Notes under the pieces: model-generated | What the model saw: only the letters and a program-made list of their open reading frames with translations | What the model was told of the DNA's origin: nothing | Database searches by the model: none | Program-made: the position numbers and the translations under genes | Shown: piece by piece, positions 32,056-40,884 of the stretch | Position numbering within the stretch: position 1 is the stretch's first letter | Layout: the number at the start of each line of letters is the position of its first letter | DNA from: a virus | DNA length: 42,702 nt | Reading direction: 5' to 3' (one strand) | Virus record (IMG/VR): IMGVR_UViG_3300045988_133767 | Location: 1 to 42,702 of that record

Positions 32056-32508
32056 ATGGATAGATATCAGCTAAATAAAAATGGAGAAGGATATACAGAT
32101 TTAACGGCGCTAGAAGGAATTAAGAGAGCAGATAAAGGCAAAATAAATAAACCTAAGACAACAGAAGCGCAAGAGCAAAAAAGCCTTATAGAGTGGGCAA
32201 AATGGCAAGAAAAGAAATATCCAGAGTTAAAAATGCTTATGCATGTTCCGAATGAAGGAAAGAGAAGTAAAAGATATGGAGCAGAATTAAAAAGAATGGG
32301 ACTTAAAGCAGGATTCCCCGATTTAGGTTTATTCGTTCCAAGAAATAACAAATCAGGATTATTTCTAGAAATGAAGGTAGGACGTAACAAATGCACAGAA
32401 AATCAAAAGAAATGGATTAGAAACCTATTAGAGCAAGGTTATGAGGTTAAAGTGTGCTACTCGTGTGAAGAAGCAATACAAGTTATTAAGAAATATCTAA
32501 ATATATAG
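32056..32508 (+). CDS. VRR-NUC domain nuclease
   Basis: The segment EQKSLIEWAKW...HVPNEGKRS...GFPDLGLFVPR...LFLEMK...ENQKKW matches the VRR-NUC (PD-(D/E)XK) pattern. Confidence 0.75.
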   Translation: MDRYQLNKNGEGYTDLTALEGIKRADKGKINKPKTTEAQEQKSLIEWAKWQEKKYPELKMLMHVPNEGKRSKRYGAELKRMGLKAGFPDLGLFVPRNNKSGLFLEMKVGRNKCTENQKKWIRNLLEQGYEVKVCYSCEEAIQVIKKYLNI

Positions 32509-32577
32509 GGGCTTAGGAAATCATGAGTAGTGGGCTGAATTAAATTAAAAATAAAATACAAATTAAGGAGTAAAAAT

Positions 32578-32790
32578 ATGAAAATAACAAAAGAAATGAA
32601 AATAACAAAAGAAATGTTAGATAAGAAAATAAAAGATTACGAAATAGAAGCAAATCATGATTTAACTTTTAGAGAATGGATTGAAATGCTAGAGGATGAA
32701 TTTGAAATAGAACACAGAGATTTAGACAACATGGCAGATGATGAACTAGACAATTATGATACATTTTTATTTGAATTAAGTTTGAAATAA
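32578..32790 (+). CDS. hypothetical acidic protein
   Basis: 70 aa with RBS AAGGAG. The N-terminus contains a duplicated KITKEM. Confidence 0.5.
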   Translation: MKITKEMKITKEMLDKKIKDYEIEANHDLTFREWIEMLEDEFEIEHRDLDNMADDELDNYDTFLFELSLK

Positions 32791-32803
32791 AAGGGTGAAT
32801 AAA

Positions 32804-34240
32804 ATGGAATTTGAATGTGGTAGCATGACATCATTTGGCTGTGAACGTATGGACGGAGTAAAAGAATTAATCATGGCAGAGATAGAAGAAGCGATAGAAG
32901 AGATAAAAGAACAGGATGAAGCAAGAAGACCAGAATTAATAGCAATGATTCAACAAGAGAAAATGTGTACAAATGCTTGTTGCTATGGATGTGAAAAATC
33001 TAATTTATGTGTTTATACTTGCAATAGAGTAGATTGGCCAGATGAAGAAAGAAAAATTAATTATAAAGATGAAGAATTGAGACAAGAAAAACTTTTAGGC
33101 ATCAAATGTTACAACTGTGCAAAAGAAATCAATCAAGAAGGACATAAAGCAAATATTCGAAGTGATGAAGCTGATTGTGTATGGTTATGTGATGATTGCT
33201 TTAAAAAAGCATGTGGAGACCAAAGTAAATTTGAAGATCTAGAAAGAGAAAGATTAAAATACGAATTTAAACAAGAAGAAATAAAACAAGTTGATTATGA
33301 ACAACTGACATTTTTTTTAGGAGGTGACAACATGTTACAGATATTAGAGCTATTCGGAGGAATTGGAAGCCCTAGAGTAGCACTTAGAAATTTAGGAGTA
33401 CCAGTAAAAGCAATAGATTACATAGAAATAGATGAAAAAGCTGTTAGAAGCTATAATGAGATATTCAGAAATGAATTAGAATATAAAACTCAAGATGTAA
33501 GAGGCTGGAATCTTAAACCAGATATACTGATTCATGGTTCACCTTGTCAGAGTTTTAGCATTGCAGGTAAACAACAAGGAGCAGATGAAGGAAGCGGAAC
33601 AGAATCAAGTTTAATGTGGGAAACCATTAATATAATAAAACAAATGGGAATATGGAAGCCTAGAGTAGTTATTTGGGAAAATGTAAAAAATGTTTTATCA
33701 AAGCATATGATAAAAAACTTTAATCGATATTTGGAAGAAATGCAAAAACTAGGTTATACAAATTCATTTGAAATATTAAATGCTATGGATTTTGGATTAC
33801 CTCAAAATAGAGATAGAGTGTTTACTATAAGTTGTTTAGATGGAACATATTTTAATTTCATGGAACTACAAAGAAAACAATTAAGACCACTATCAGACTT
33901 TTTAGAAGATGAAGTTAGTGAAGAGTATACAGTAACTCAACCAAGCATTTTAAGAGGTATAGGTAAAGCAGGCACGATAAAAAGAACAACTGTTATAAAA
34001 GATTTTGCCTATACCATTACTGAAAGACAAGATAGATGTCCAGCACAAGTTATTGATCTAGGAAATAATAAGTACAGATTTCTTACAGATAGAGAGTGCT
34101 GGAGATTACAAGGCTATTCTGATGAAGATTATAATAACGCAGCTAAAGTGAATAGCAAAAGAGCATTATATAAACAAGCTGGAAATAGCATACCAACTAC
34201 AATATTTGAAGCTATTTTTAAAGTACTATTGGATTTATAA
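32804..34240 (+). CDS. DNA (cytosine-5)-methyltransferase fused in frame to an N-terminal Cys-rich domain
   Basis: The MTase motifs are ELFGGIGS (I), PCQSFS (IV), ENV (VI), QNRDR (VIII) and GNS (X). An internal RBS AGGAGGTG followed by ATG 33332 marks the start of the MTase core. The upstream 176 codons are Cys-rich. Confidence 0.85.
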   Translation: MEFECGSMTSFGCERMDGVKELIMAEIEEAIEEIKEQDEARRPELIAMIQQEKMCTNACCYGCEKSNLCVYTCNRVDWPDEERKINYKDEELRQEKLLGIKCYNCAKEINQEGHKANIRSDEADCVWLCDDCFKKACGDQSKFEDLERERLKYEFKQEEIKQVDYEQLTFFLGGDNMLQILELFGGIGSPRVALRNLGVPVKAIDYIEIDEKAVRSYNEIFRNELEYKTQDVRGWNLKPDILIHGSPCQSFSIAGKQQGADEGSGTESSLMWETINIIKQMGIWKPRVVIWENVKNVLSKHMIKNFNRYLEEMQKLGYTNSFEILNAMDFGLPQNRDRVFTISCLDGTYFNFMELQRKQLRPLSDFLEDEVSEEYTVTQPSILRGIGKAGTIKRTTVIKDFAYTITERQDRCPAQVIDLGNNKYRFLTDRECWRLQGYSDEDYNNAAKVNSKRALYKQAGNSIPTTIFEAIFKVLLDL

Positions 34241-34252
34241 GGGAGTGATTAA

Positions 34253-34366
34253 TTGATATTAGCAAGATACAAAGAATTAGTCGAACTGGCTAAGAAATAC
34301 ATAGAAAAGGGATATAGCACATTGGAAGCAATTAAATTAGCTGAAAAGGAATTGGAGGGAGATTAA
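34253..34366 (+). CDS. small hypothetical protein (37 aa, TTG start)
   Basis: RBS AAGGGAG is present. The stop is abutted by the next ATG (TAAATG). Confidence 0.35.
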   Translation: MILARYKELVELAKKYIEKGYSTLEAIKLAEKELEGD

Positions 34367-34534
34367 ATGGAAGAAGTAAAGCAAGCATTACTAACAATAA
34401 AAAAAGAATGCAGTAGCAATGAAGATTGCAACAAATGTCAAGTAAAAAAAATATTAGGTGACTGTGTACAAAGTTTTTACGTTCCAACACCAGAAAATTG
34501 GATACCAGAAAATTGGACTACACAAAGAAGATAA
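34367..34534 (+). CDS. small Cys-containing hypothetical protein (55 aa)
   Basis: RBS GGAGGGAG is present. The product begins MEEVKQALLTIKKECSSNEDCNKCQVKKILGDC... Confidence 0.45.
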   Translation: MEEVKQALLTIKKECSSNEDCNKCQVKKILGDCVQSFYVPTPENWIPENWTTQRR

Positions 34535-34617
34535 ATATAAATAATTGACATAAAAAAAGGAATGCTTTCACATTCCCACAAATATTGACAATATTATTAT
34601 AACAGGAGTGTGGGAGC

Positions 34618-35076
34618 ATGGCTAGTAAAACAATAGAAAAAGATAAAACATTTTCAGATGCAGAAGGTAAGTTATACAATTATAATTCTATGAAAATAGA
34701 GCTAAACAGCTTAAAAATAGATTTAGAGTACCTAGAGGTGGAGTACAAGGGATGCAAAGCTATTAGCTATGCTGATGAAAGAACATCACAAACAAATAAC
34801 ATAAGCAATACAGTCGAAAATGAAGTACTTGCAAAAGAGAGACAGATAATAGAAATAGAAAAAGCGATAAATAAAAAAGAGAGACAAATTAGAAAAATAG
34901 AAAATGCATTAGAATTGTTAAAAGAAGAAGAGAAAAGACTTGTTAGCTTTAGATATTTCTCTAATAGAAAAAAAGCACCAAGCTGGTTAGATGTAGGGGA
35001 GGAAATAGGATATAGTGATAAAAAATGTAGAATTATGAGAAACGATATAATAAACAAAATAAAATCACTTATATGA
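34618..35076 (+). CDS. late-gene transcriptional activator (ArpU/RinA-like, sigma region-4-like C-terminus)
   Basis: 152 aa. The C-terminus RLVSFRYFSNRKKAPSWLDVGEEIGYSDKKCRIMRNDIINKI is typical of the family. It is the last gene before the packaging module. Confidence 0.7.
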   Translation: MASKTIEKDKTFSDAEGKLYNYNSMKIELNSLKIDLEYLEVEYKGCKAISYADERTSQTNNISNTVENEVLAKERQIIEIEKAINKKERQIRKIENALELLKEEEKRLVSFRYFSNRKKAPSWLDVGEEIGYSDKKCRIMRNDIINKIKSLI

Positions 35077-35077
35077 T

Positions 35078-35125
35078 TTCCGTAAAAGTTCCGTAAAGTT
35101 ACCTCATAATTTCCGTAAAAGTTCC
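35078..35125. repeat. three direct repeats TTCCGTAAA(A)GTT
   Basis: Copies lie at 35078-35090, 35089-35100 and 35111-35125. The first starts 2 bp after the activator stop codon. Confidence 0.9.
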
Positions 35126-35340
35126 TTTTTTAGACAGAAAACTATAGTATATTTGTATTATAGGAAAATATAAAGGTTGTTTTCTTTACAAACTCTTATT
35201 GAATGTCAGATAGCCTGGTAACCTATTTGACTAGTATAATTGCTACAGTTTTTTTAAAACATTGGTTTTTTCTTGGCACAGACTTGTGTCCTCCCTAAGT
35301 ATTAAGTATATAATTAACAACTTAGTTATGACAGGAAATG

Positions 35341-35421
35341 GCTGGGGGTAAAACCTCAGCAACGTGCAAGTAATGGAAATCACGCCCCCATGTGATACAG
35401 GTTCGAATCCTGTAGCTTGCT
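35341..35421 (+). ncRNA. candidate structured RNA with a tRNA-like T-arm/acceptor mimic (not a canonical tRNA)
   Basis: A hairpin forms from GCTGGGG / CCTCAGC (35341-35360). GCAAGT (35366-35371) can pair with AGCTTGC (35414-35420). A hairpin ATCAC / GTGAT is present. A perfect T-arm ACAGG-TTCGAAT-CCTGT lies at 35397-35413. The region is GC-rich compared with its context. Confidence 0.3.
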
Positions 35422-35490
35422 AATCGTTAAATGTAATTACTATCATACAACAACAGAAACAGATTTTAATCTCATACTCAATTTGAAAAA

Positions 35491-35517
35491 GAGCCCTTCA
35501 TGGGCTCCTTTTGTTGT
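35491..35517 (+). terminator. rho-independent terminator
   Basis: The stem is GAGCCC / GGGCTC with loop TTCAT, followed by CTTTTGTTG and preceded by AAAAA. Confidence 0.7.
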
Positions 35518-35538
35518 GCAAAGAAAGAGTTGATCTAA

Positions 35539-35820
35539 ATGAGTAGAAAAATATTTCAAAGAAAAGAGTATTCGATTTATAGATGTAGTGACGGATTTGT
35601 TGTACATAATACAAACAAGAAATTTGAAAACGGACATACACATGTAAATAATTTTTATAAAGCTAAGATATTAGTTATTATGGCTATAAAAAGAGAGATA
35701 GACGATAAGCTAAGTAAAAGAGATATAGAAAGTCTTATTAGATTAACAAATGATAATAGATATAGAAATAAATTATTAGAATTAGAAAGGAGTGGTATTA
35801 ATGGCGAAATTGACAGCTAA
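35539..35820 (+). CDS. hypothetical protein
   Basis: 93 aa. It overlaps the terS start. Confidence 0.45.
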   Translation: MSRKIFQRKEYSIYRCSDGFVVHNTNKKFENGHTHVNNFYKAKILVIMAIKREIDDKLSKRDIESLIRLTNDNRYRNKLLELERSGINGEIDS

Positions 35821-36298
35821 ACAAAAGAAGTTTGTAGAAGAATACTTGATAGACCTTAATGCCACTCAAGCAGCAATTCGGGCTGGATATTCTCCTAATA
35901 CTGCACAAGAACAAAGTAGCAGGCTGTTATCAAATGTTATGGTTAAAAATGAAATAGATAAAGCTATGGCTGAAAGAAGTCGAAGGACAGGTATTAATCA
36001 AGATAGAGTTTTAAGGGAGTTAGCAAAGATAGCATTTGTTAATCCAAATGATGTTATAAATTTCAGAGATGCAACTGTAAAAATGACAAGTGAAGAAAAT
36101 TTAGCTGCTATTGCATCTATAAAAGTTAAAAAAATACCTGGAGAATATGGGGATGCTACAGAAAGAGAAGTAAAATTATATGACAAATTAAGAGCATTAG
36201 ATTTGCTAGGCAGACACTTAGGAATGTTTAAAGACAAAATAGAAATCAATGGAGATATGGGAGTTAAAATAGTTGATGATATCCCTGATGAAGAATGA
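35801..36298 (+). CDS. terS: terminase small subunit (Terminase_2/P27 type)
   Basis: The N-terminus reads MAKLTAKQKKFVEEYLIDLNATQAAIRAGYSPNTAQEQSSRLLSNVMV. The RBS is AAAGGAG. Confidence 0.9.
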   Translation: MAKLTAKQKKFVEEYLIDLNATQAAIRAGYSPNTAQEQSSRLLSNVMVKNEIDKAMAERSRRTGINQDRVLRELAKIAFVNPNDVINFRDATVKMTSEENLAAIASIKVKKIPGEYGDATEREVKLYDKLRALDLLGRHLGMFKDKIEINGDMGVKIVDDIPDEE

Positions 36299-37563
36299 AA
36301 CTGACAGAATTAATCGCTCCAAGCTTCTATAAAGTACATCACGACATAAAACAAGGGAAACATACTCATTACTGGTTTAAAGGTGGCCGTGGTAGTACTA
36401 AGTCATCATTTATAGGTACGGAAATACCTCTTAATATGATGAAAGATGCTGAAAAAGGAATATATTCAAATGCTGTTATTTTTAGGCGAGTAAAAGATGT
36501 TCTAAGAAGCTCAGTATTTGAGCAAATATTATGGTCCATAGAAAAACTAGGTGTTACAAGCAAGTGGAAAATAAGTTACTCTCCGTTAAAGCTTACTTAT
36601 ATACCTACAGGCCAAGAAATACTTTTTAGAGGTGCTGACAATCCTAAAAAAGTTAAATCTATAAAAGTATCAAAAGGATATATAAAATATATATGGTTTG
36701 AAGAAGTAGACGAATTTGAGAACTACGATAAGATAAGAAATATAAATCAATCTCTTATGCGTGGTGGACCTAAATTCTTTGTATTTTATTCTTTTAACCC
36801 TCCAGAATCTCAAAGAAACTGGGCGAACATGGAAGTATTAGACGAAAGAACAGATAAATATGTACATCATAGCGATTACAGGAGTGTTCCAAAAGATTGG
36901 TTAGGAGAACAATTTATAATAGAAGCTGAACACCTTAAAAAAGTAAATATAACTAAATATGAACATGATTATTTAGGTGCTGTTACTGGTACAGGTGGAG
37001 AAGTATTCTTAAACGTAACAATAAGAAAAATAACAGATGAAGAAATAAGCAACTTTGACAGAATAAAAAGAGGACTTGACTGGGGTTACGCTCAAGATCC
37101 ATTTGCTTATATTGTTATGCATTATGATAAAACAAGAAAAAGATTATATATATTTAAAGAAATATATCAAACTAGATTATCTAACTCAAAAGCAGCTGAA
37201 AAAATAAAACAATTAGATCCAAACTCTAAAACTATTATTGCAGACTCATCTGAACCTAAATCTATAAAAGATTTAAAAGACTTAGGACTAAAAGTAAGAG
37301 GTGCTAAAAAAGGACCAGATAGTGTGGATTATGGGATTAAATTTTTATCAGAAGAAATAGAAGAAATAATAATAGATAGTGATAGATGTCCTAATACTGC
37401 TAGAGAGTTTTTAGGGTATGAAACTGAAAAAGATAAAGATGGAAACTTTAAAGGTGAGTATCCAGATAAAAATAATCATACGATAGATGCAGCAAGATAT
37501 GCTATGGAAGATGAAATTAGACAAAATAGAATTAAGTCTAAGAAACTTGATTTAGGAATATAG
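36295..37563 (+). CDS. terL: terminase large subunit (PBSX-type)
   Basis: Walker A is GGRGSTKSS. The protein is 422 aa. The start overlaps the terS stop (ATGA). Confidence 0.9.
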   Translation: MKLTELIAPSFYKVHHDIKQGKHTHYWFKGGRGSTKSSFIGTEIPLNMMKDAEKGIYSNAVIFRRVKDVLRSSVFEQILWSIEKLGVTSKWKISYSPLKLTYIPTGQEILFRGADNPKKVKSIKVSKGYIKYIWFEEVDEFENYDKIRNINQSLMRGGPKFFVFYSFNPPESQRNWANMEVLDERTDKYVHHSDYRSVPKDWLGEQFIIEAEHLKKVNITKYEHDYLGAVTGTGGEVFLNVTIRKITDEEISNFDRIKRGLDWGYAQDPFAYIVMHYDKTRKRLYIFKEIYQTRLSNSKAAEKIKQLDPNSKTIIADSSEPKSIKDLKDLGLKVRGAKKGPDSVDYGIKFLSEEIEEIIIDSDRCPNTAREFLGYETEKDKDGNFKGEYPDKNNHTIDAARYAMEDEIRQNRIKSKKLDLGI

Positions 37564-37574
37564 GAGGTGAGAAA

Positions 37575-38978
37575 TTGATATTAATACCAGGATTTGAAGA
37601 AGTAAAAAGACCTATATTTATTACAGATAAAGAAAGACTGGAGCTTGATAATGTGCAAAATATATTAGATGAGCACCAGTGGTTTAAAACTGAAAAATAT
37701 TATAGAAACTTGAAATATTATGAAGGTTATCACGAAATTTTAAATAGGACAATGGAAGATCCTAAAAAACCTAATAATAAAATAGTTGTAAACCTACCTA
37801 GCTTCACAACAGATATAAGAACTGGTTATTTTAGTGGAGAGCCTCTTACTTTTTCTAGTGAAGATGATAATGTAACAGAAACAATAAATAATATCCTTGA
37901 TTACAATGATTTTCAAGATGTAAACACAGAGCTTGACCGATTAACTAGTATATACGGCCATGCTTTTTTAATTTTATACATGGATAAAGAAGCTAATGTT
38001 AGATTTGCGACAGAAACTCCTGATAATATGATTATTGTTTATGACAATAGCTTAGAAAAGAATATTGTAGGAGCTGTAAGATATTATTACTATACTGATG
38101 TATCTGATAATGAGCAAAAGGTTTATATGACAGTCTACAACAAAGATATGATTGAATACTATAACGGCAAAGTAGGAGCACCAGAGTTAGTAGATATAGA
38201 AGAAAACTACTTTGATGGCATTCCTGTTATTGAATTTGTAGAAAATGAAAACCGAAAAGGCTGTTATGAGGATGCAATAAGCTTAGTAGATGCAATAGAA
38301 TCTGTTATTAGTAGTTCAGTTAATGAGATAGAGTACTTTGATAATGCTTACTTACTGTTAAAAAATTTAGCTGGGACAGAAAAAGAAGATATCGACAAGA
38401 TGAAAGAAAATCGAGTTATGTTAGTTGAAGATGATGGCGATGCTGAATTTATTACAAAAACAGTAGATGATGATTATACTCAAAACTTGCTTAATAGATT
38501 AGTTAATGACTATCACAAAGTCACAAAAACACCTAACTTAACAGATGAAAAGTTTGCTGGCAATGTTAGTGGAGTATCGCTTAAATTTAAGTTATTCGCA
38601 CTTGAAAAAGATATGGCTAAGAAAGAGAGTAAATGGAAAAAGTCAATCCAAAGAATGCTAGAGCTTATATGCACTGTTTTAAACATAAAAGGAACAAGCA
38701 TTGATTACAGAACTATCAAGATAACATTTACTAGAGCATTACCAACTAATACATTAGAACAGGCTCAAATGGTTTCTCAGTTATCTGGAATAGTTTCAAG
38801 AGAAACATTATTAGCTCAGTTAGATTTTATCGAAAATCCTAAGCAAGAAATAGAATTGATAGATAAAGAGCAAGAGGAACAAATGAAGAAGTTTGATATG
38901 TATGCTGATAGTGATGTGGTTAGTGATCCAAAAGAGGGAGATAAATCTCAATGGGCAGAAGAGCAAAGTATTACTTAG
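37575..38978 (+). CDS. portal protein (SPP1 gp6-like)
   Basis: 467 aa. RBS AGGAGGTG precedes a TTG start. Its position and size fit a portal, and the C-terminus is acidic. Confidence 0.85.
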   Translation: MILIPGFEEVKRPIFITDKERLELDNVQNILDEHQWFKTEKYYRNLKYYEGYHEILNRTMEDPKKPNNKIVVNLPSFTTDIRTGYFSGEPLTFSSEDDNVTETINNILDYNDFQDVNTELDRLTSIYGHAFLILYMDKEANVRFATETPDNMIIVYDNSLEKNIVGAVRYYYYTDVSDNEQKVYMTVYNKDMIEYYNGKVGAPELVDIEENYFDGIPVIEFVENENRKGCYEDAISLVDAIESVISSSVNEIEYFDNAYLLLKNLAGTEKEDIDKMKENRVMLVEDDGDAEFITKTVDDDYTQNLLNRLVNDYHKVTKTPNLTDEKFAGNVSGVSLKFKLFALEKDMAKKESKWKKSIQRMLELICTVLNIKGTSIDYRTIKITFTRALPTNTLEQAQMVSQLSGIVSRETLLAQLDFIENPKQEIELIDKEQEEQMKKFDMYADSDVVSDPKEGDKSQWAEEQSIT

Positions 38979-39859
38979 GAATGAAAAATCGTGATTACTG
39001 GCATCAAAGAATGTTAGATAGAGACAAGAAAAGTAAGTTATCTGAGGACAAGGCAGTAAAGAAATTAGCTGATGCTTATCACGATTCTTATATGCAAATA
39101 TCAAAGGAGTTAGATAGCTTCTATAATAAATATGCAATAGAAAACAATTTAACTTATGTAGAAGCAACTAAACTATTAACTCCAGTAGAAATGCGAGAAT
39201 ATGGATATAAAGTCCAAAAATTAAAACAGTTATATCAAGCTACTAAAAGTGAAGAAGTGTTAGCACAATGGAAAATAATGAGTGCTAGAGGCAAAGTGAC
39301 AAGGCTACAAAGTTTACTTGATGGAATAGATATAGAGCTTATAAAAAATACACATAATGTACAAATGAATATGACAGAGCATCTAACAGGAATGTATAAA
39401 AGGTCCTATAAAGAAGCTTTAGCTGATGCTGGAGTAACAAACAAAGTATTACCTAAAAGAGCTATCAAAGATGCAATAAGTTATCCTTGGAGTGGTAGAC
39501 AGTTTAGCAGTAGAATATGGAGCAATAAAACAGCTACAATGAATAACATAAGGGAAACACTAACAAAAGGATTAATACAAGGAAAATCAGTACAGAAAAT
39601 GGGACAGGAGCTAAGGAAATTAGAAGGTGCTAGTAAGTATCAAGCTGAAAGGCTTATACGAACTGAGACCAATTTTTTTATGACCAAAGGCCATGTTGAT
39701 GGATATAAAGACAATGGAGTAAAGGCCTTAGAGATATGTGTTGCATTTGATGAAAGAACATGTGCTGACTGTGAAAGCATGGACAGGGAGGTGGTTAAAA
39801 TCGAAGAAGTAAGTTATGGTAGTAATGTTCCACCGTTTCATTGCTTTTGTCGAACCTAA
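38951..39859 (+). CDS. head morphogenesis protein (SPP1 gp7 / Mu F-like)
   Basis: The motifs SSRIWSN, AERLIRTETN and the C-terminal CADCESMDREVV...PPFHCFCR are present. Confidence 0.85.
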   Translation: MGRRAKYYLGMKNRDYWHQRMLDRDKKSKLSEDKAVKKLADAYHDSYMQISKELDSFYNKYAIENNLTYVEATKLLTPVEMREYGYKVQKLKQLYQATKSEEVLAQWKIMSARGKVTRLQSLLDGIDIELIKNTHNVQMNMTEHLTGMYKRSYKEALADAGVTNKVLPKRAIKDAISYPWSGRQFSSRIWSNKTATMNNIRETLTKGLIQGKSVQKMGQELRKLEGASKYQAERLIRTETNFFMTKGHVDGYKDNGVKALEICVAFDERTCADCESMDREVVKIEEVSYGSNVPPFHCFCRT

Positions 39860-39914
39860 TATTTCGCTGTACAATTTTACCTGTCACAGATTATAAAGAA
39901 GGAGAATATTAAAT

Positions 39915-40352
39915 ATGAACATTGGGGGAAATATTAGAAAATACAGAAAAGATAAAAATGTATCAAGAAAAGAATTAGCTAATGAGATAGGATGCTCAGT
40001 TTATGCTATTGAAAAATACGAACAAGGTCAGCGAACTCCAAACATAAACACATTAATGGCTATAGGCAAAGCTTTAGATGTTACTTATACAGATTTAATC
40101 GAAGGAAAAGAGCACAAGGGTTTAAAAGTTACTGTAAAACTTACTGAAACAGATATAGTTGAAAACATTATACGAATGTTGAAACAAGTTGCTCTAGATG
40201 AAAGAATAGATAAAAACATAAGAGATGAATATCTAGCTGATTTATCTGAACAAATAGGTTTTGATATTGTTATTAATGATAAACCAACAGATTTTAAGCT
40301 AGATAAAAATACTCATGATAATATAATGCAAAAGTTTACTAAGGTTGAATAG
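39915..40352 (+). CDS. XRE-family HTH protein inserted in the head module
   Basis: The HTH motif is VSRKELANEIGCSVYAIEKYEQGQRTPNINTLMAIGKAL. The protein is 145 aa with RBS AAGGAG. Confidence 0.75.
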   Translation: MNIGGNIRKYRKDKNVSRKELANEIGCSVYAIEKYEQGQRTPNINTLMAIGKALDVTYTDLIEGKEHKGLKVTVKLTETDIVENIIRMLKQVALDERIDKNIRDEYLADLSEQIGFDIVINDKPTDFKLDKNTHDNIMQKFTKVE

Positions 40353-40363
40353 GAGGATAGTAA

Positions 40364-40870
40364 ATGAATTTTAAACAAGCATTAGAAGAAATGAAAAAAG
40401 GAATACCTATGAAATTACCTTCATGGGGTGGCTATTGGTGTTGGGACAATGAAAAAGAAACTATTATGATGCACTGTAGACCAAAAGATGCAGATGAAGG
40501 ACAAGGTCCTATATTAGATATAAGAGAAACACAAAGAGTTGAATACACCCTAGGCAATGTTTTATCTGATGAATGGGTAATTGCTGACAATAAAAACTGT
40601 ACTTTATTAGGTGGAACTCCTACTTTCGGTTTTAGTGAAGCTATAAAATACTTAAAACGTGGATTAAAAGTGTGTAGACAAGGTTGGAATGGCAAAGGAA
40701 TGTATTTAGCTCATGTAAATTCTTATCAATATAAAGTAGATGGAGAAGTGCATAAAGATAGTTTATTTTTATCACCTTGGATAGGAATGAAAACAGCAGA
40801 TGGGAAATTTGTTCCGTGGTTAGCAAGTCAAACTGATATGTTAGCAGAAGATTGGATGTTTGCTGAATAA
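40364..40870 (+). CDS. tandem DUF2829-like protein (Tad2-like, candidate anti-Thoeris sponge)
   Basis: The second half reads FGFSEAIKYLKRGLKVCRQGWNGKGMYL...MKTADGKFVPWLASQTDMLAEDWMFAE, which is the DUF2829 signature as recalled. The first half (MNFKQALEEMKKGIPMKLPSWGGYW...LSDEWVIAD) is a divergent copy. Confidence 0.65.
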   Translation: MNFKQALEEMKKGIPMKLPSWGGYWCWDNEKETIMMHCRPKDADEGQGPILDIRETQRVEYTLGNVLSDEWVIADNKNCTLLGGTPTFGFSEAIKYLKRGLKVCRQGWNGKGMYLAHVNSYQYKVDGEVHKDSLFLSPWIGMKTADGKFVPWLASQTDMLAEDWMFAE

Positions 40871-40884
40871 AGGGGATGGTAAAA

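Noticed and set aside
32804-33331. The Cys-rich N-terminal region of the methyltransferase ORF, considered as a definitely separate gene.
   Set aside because: In the sequence as given there is no stop codon before the MTase ATG. It is reported as a fusion, with the T8 caveat, rather than as two genes.
35341-35421. A canonical tRNA gene.
   Set aside because: Only the T-arm and a 6-bp acceptor-like helix can be drawn. There is no D-arm and no 5-bp/7-nt anticodon stem-loop, and the enclosed length is only about 55 nt. It is therefore reported only as a tRNA-like element.
35366-35421. The tRNA-like 3' fragment considered as the attP core (integration into a tRNA gene).
   Set aside because: It is 12 kb from the integrase. 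The arm-type repeat clusters that mark attP flank 21750-21900, next to int.
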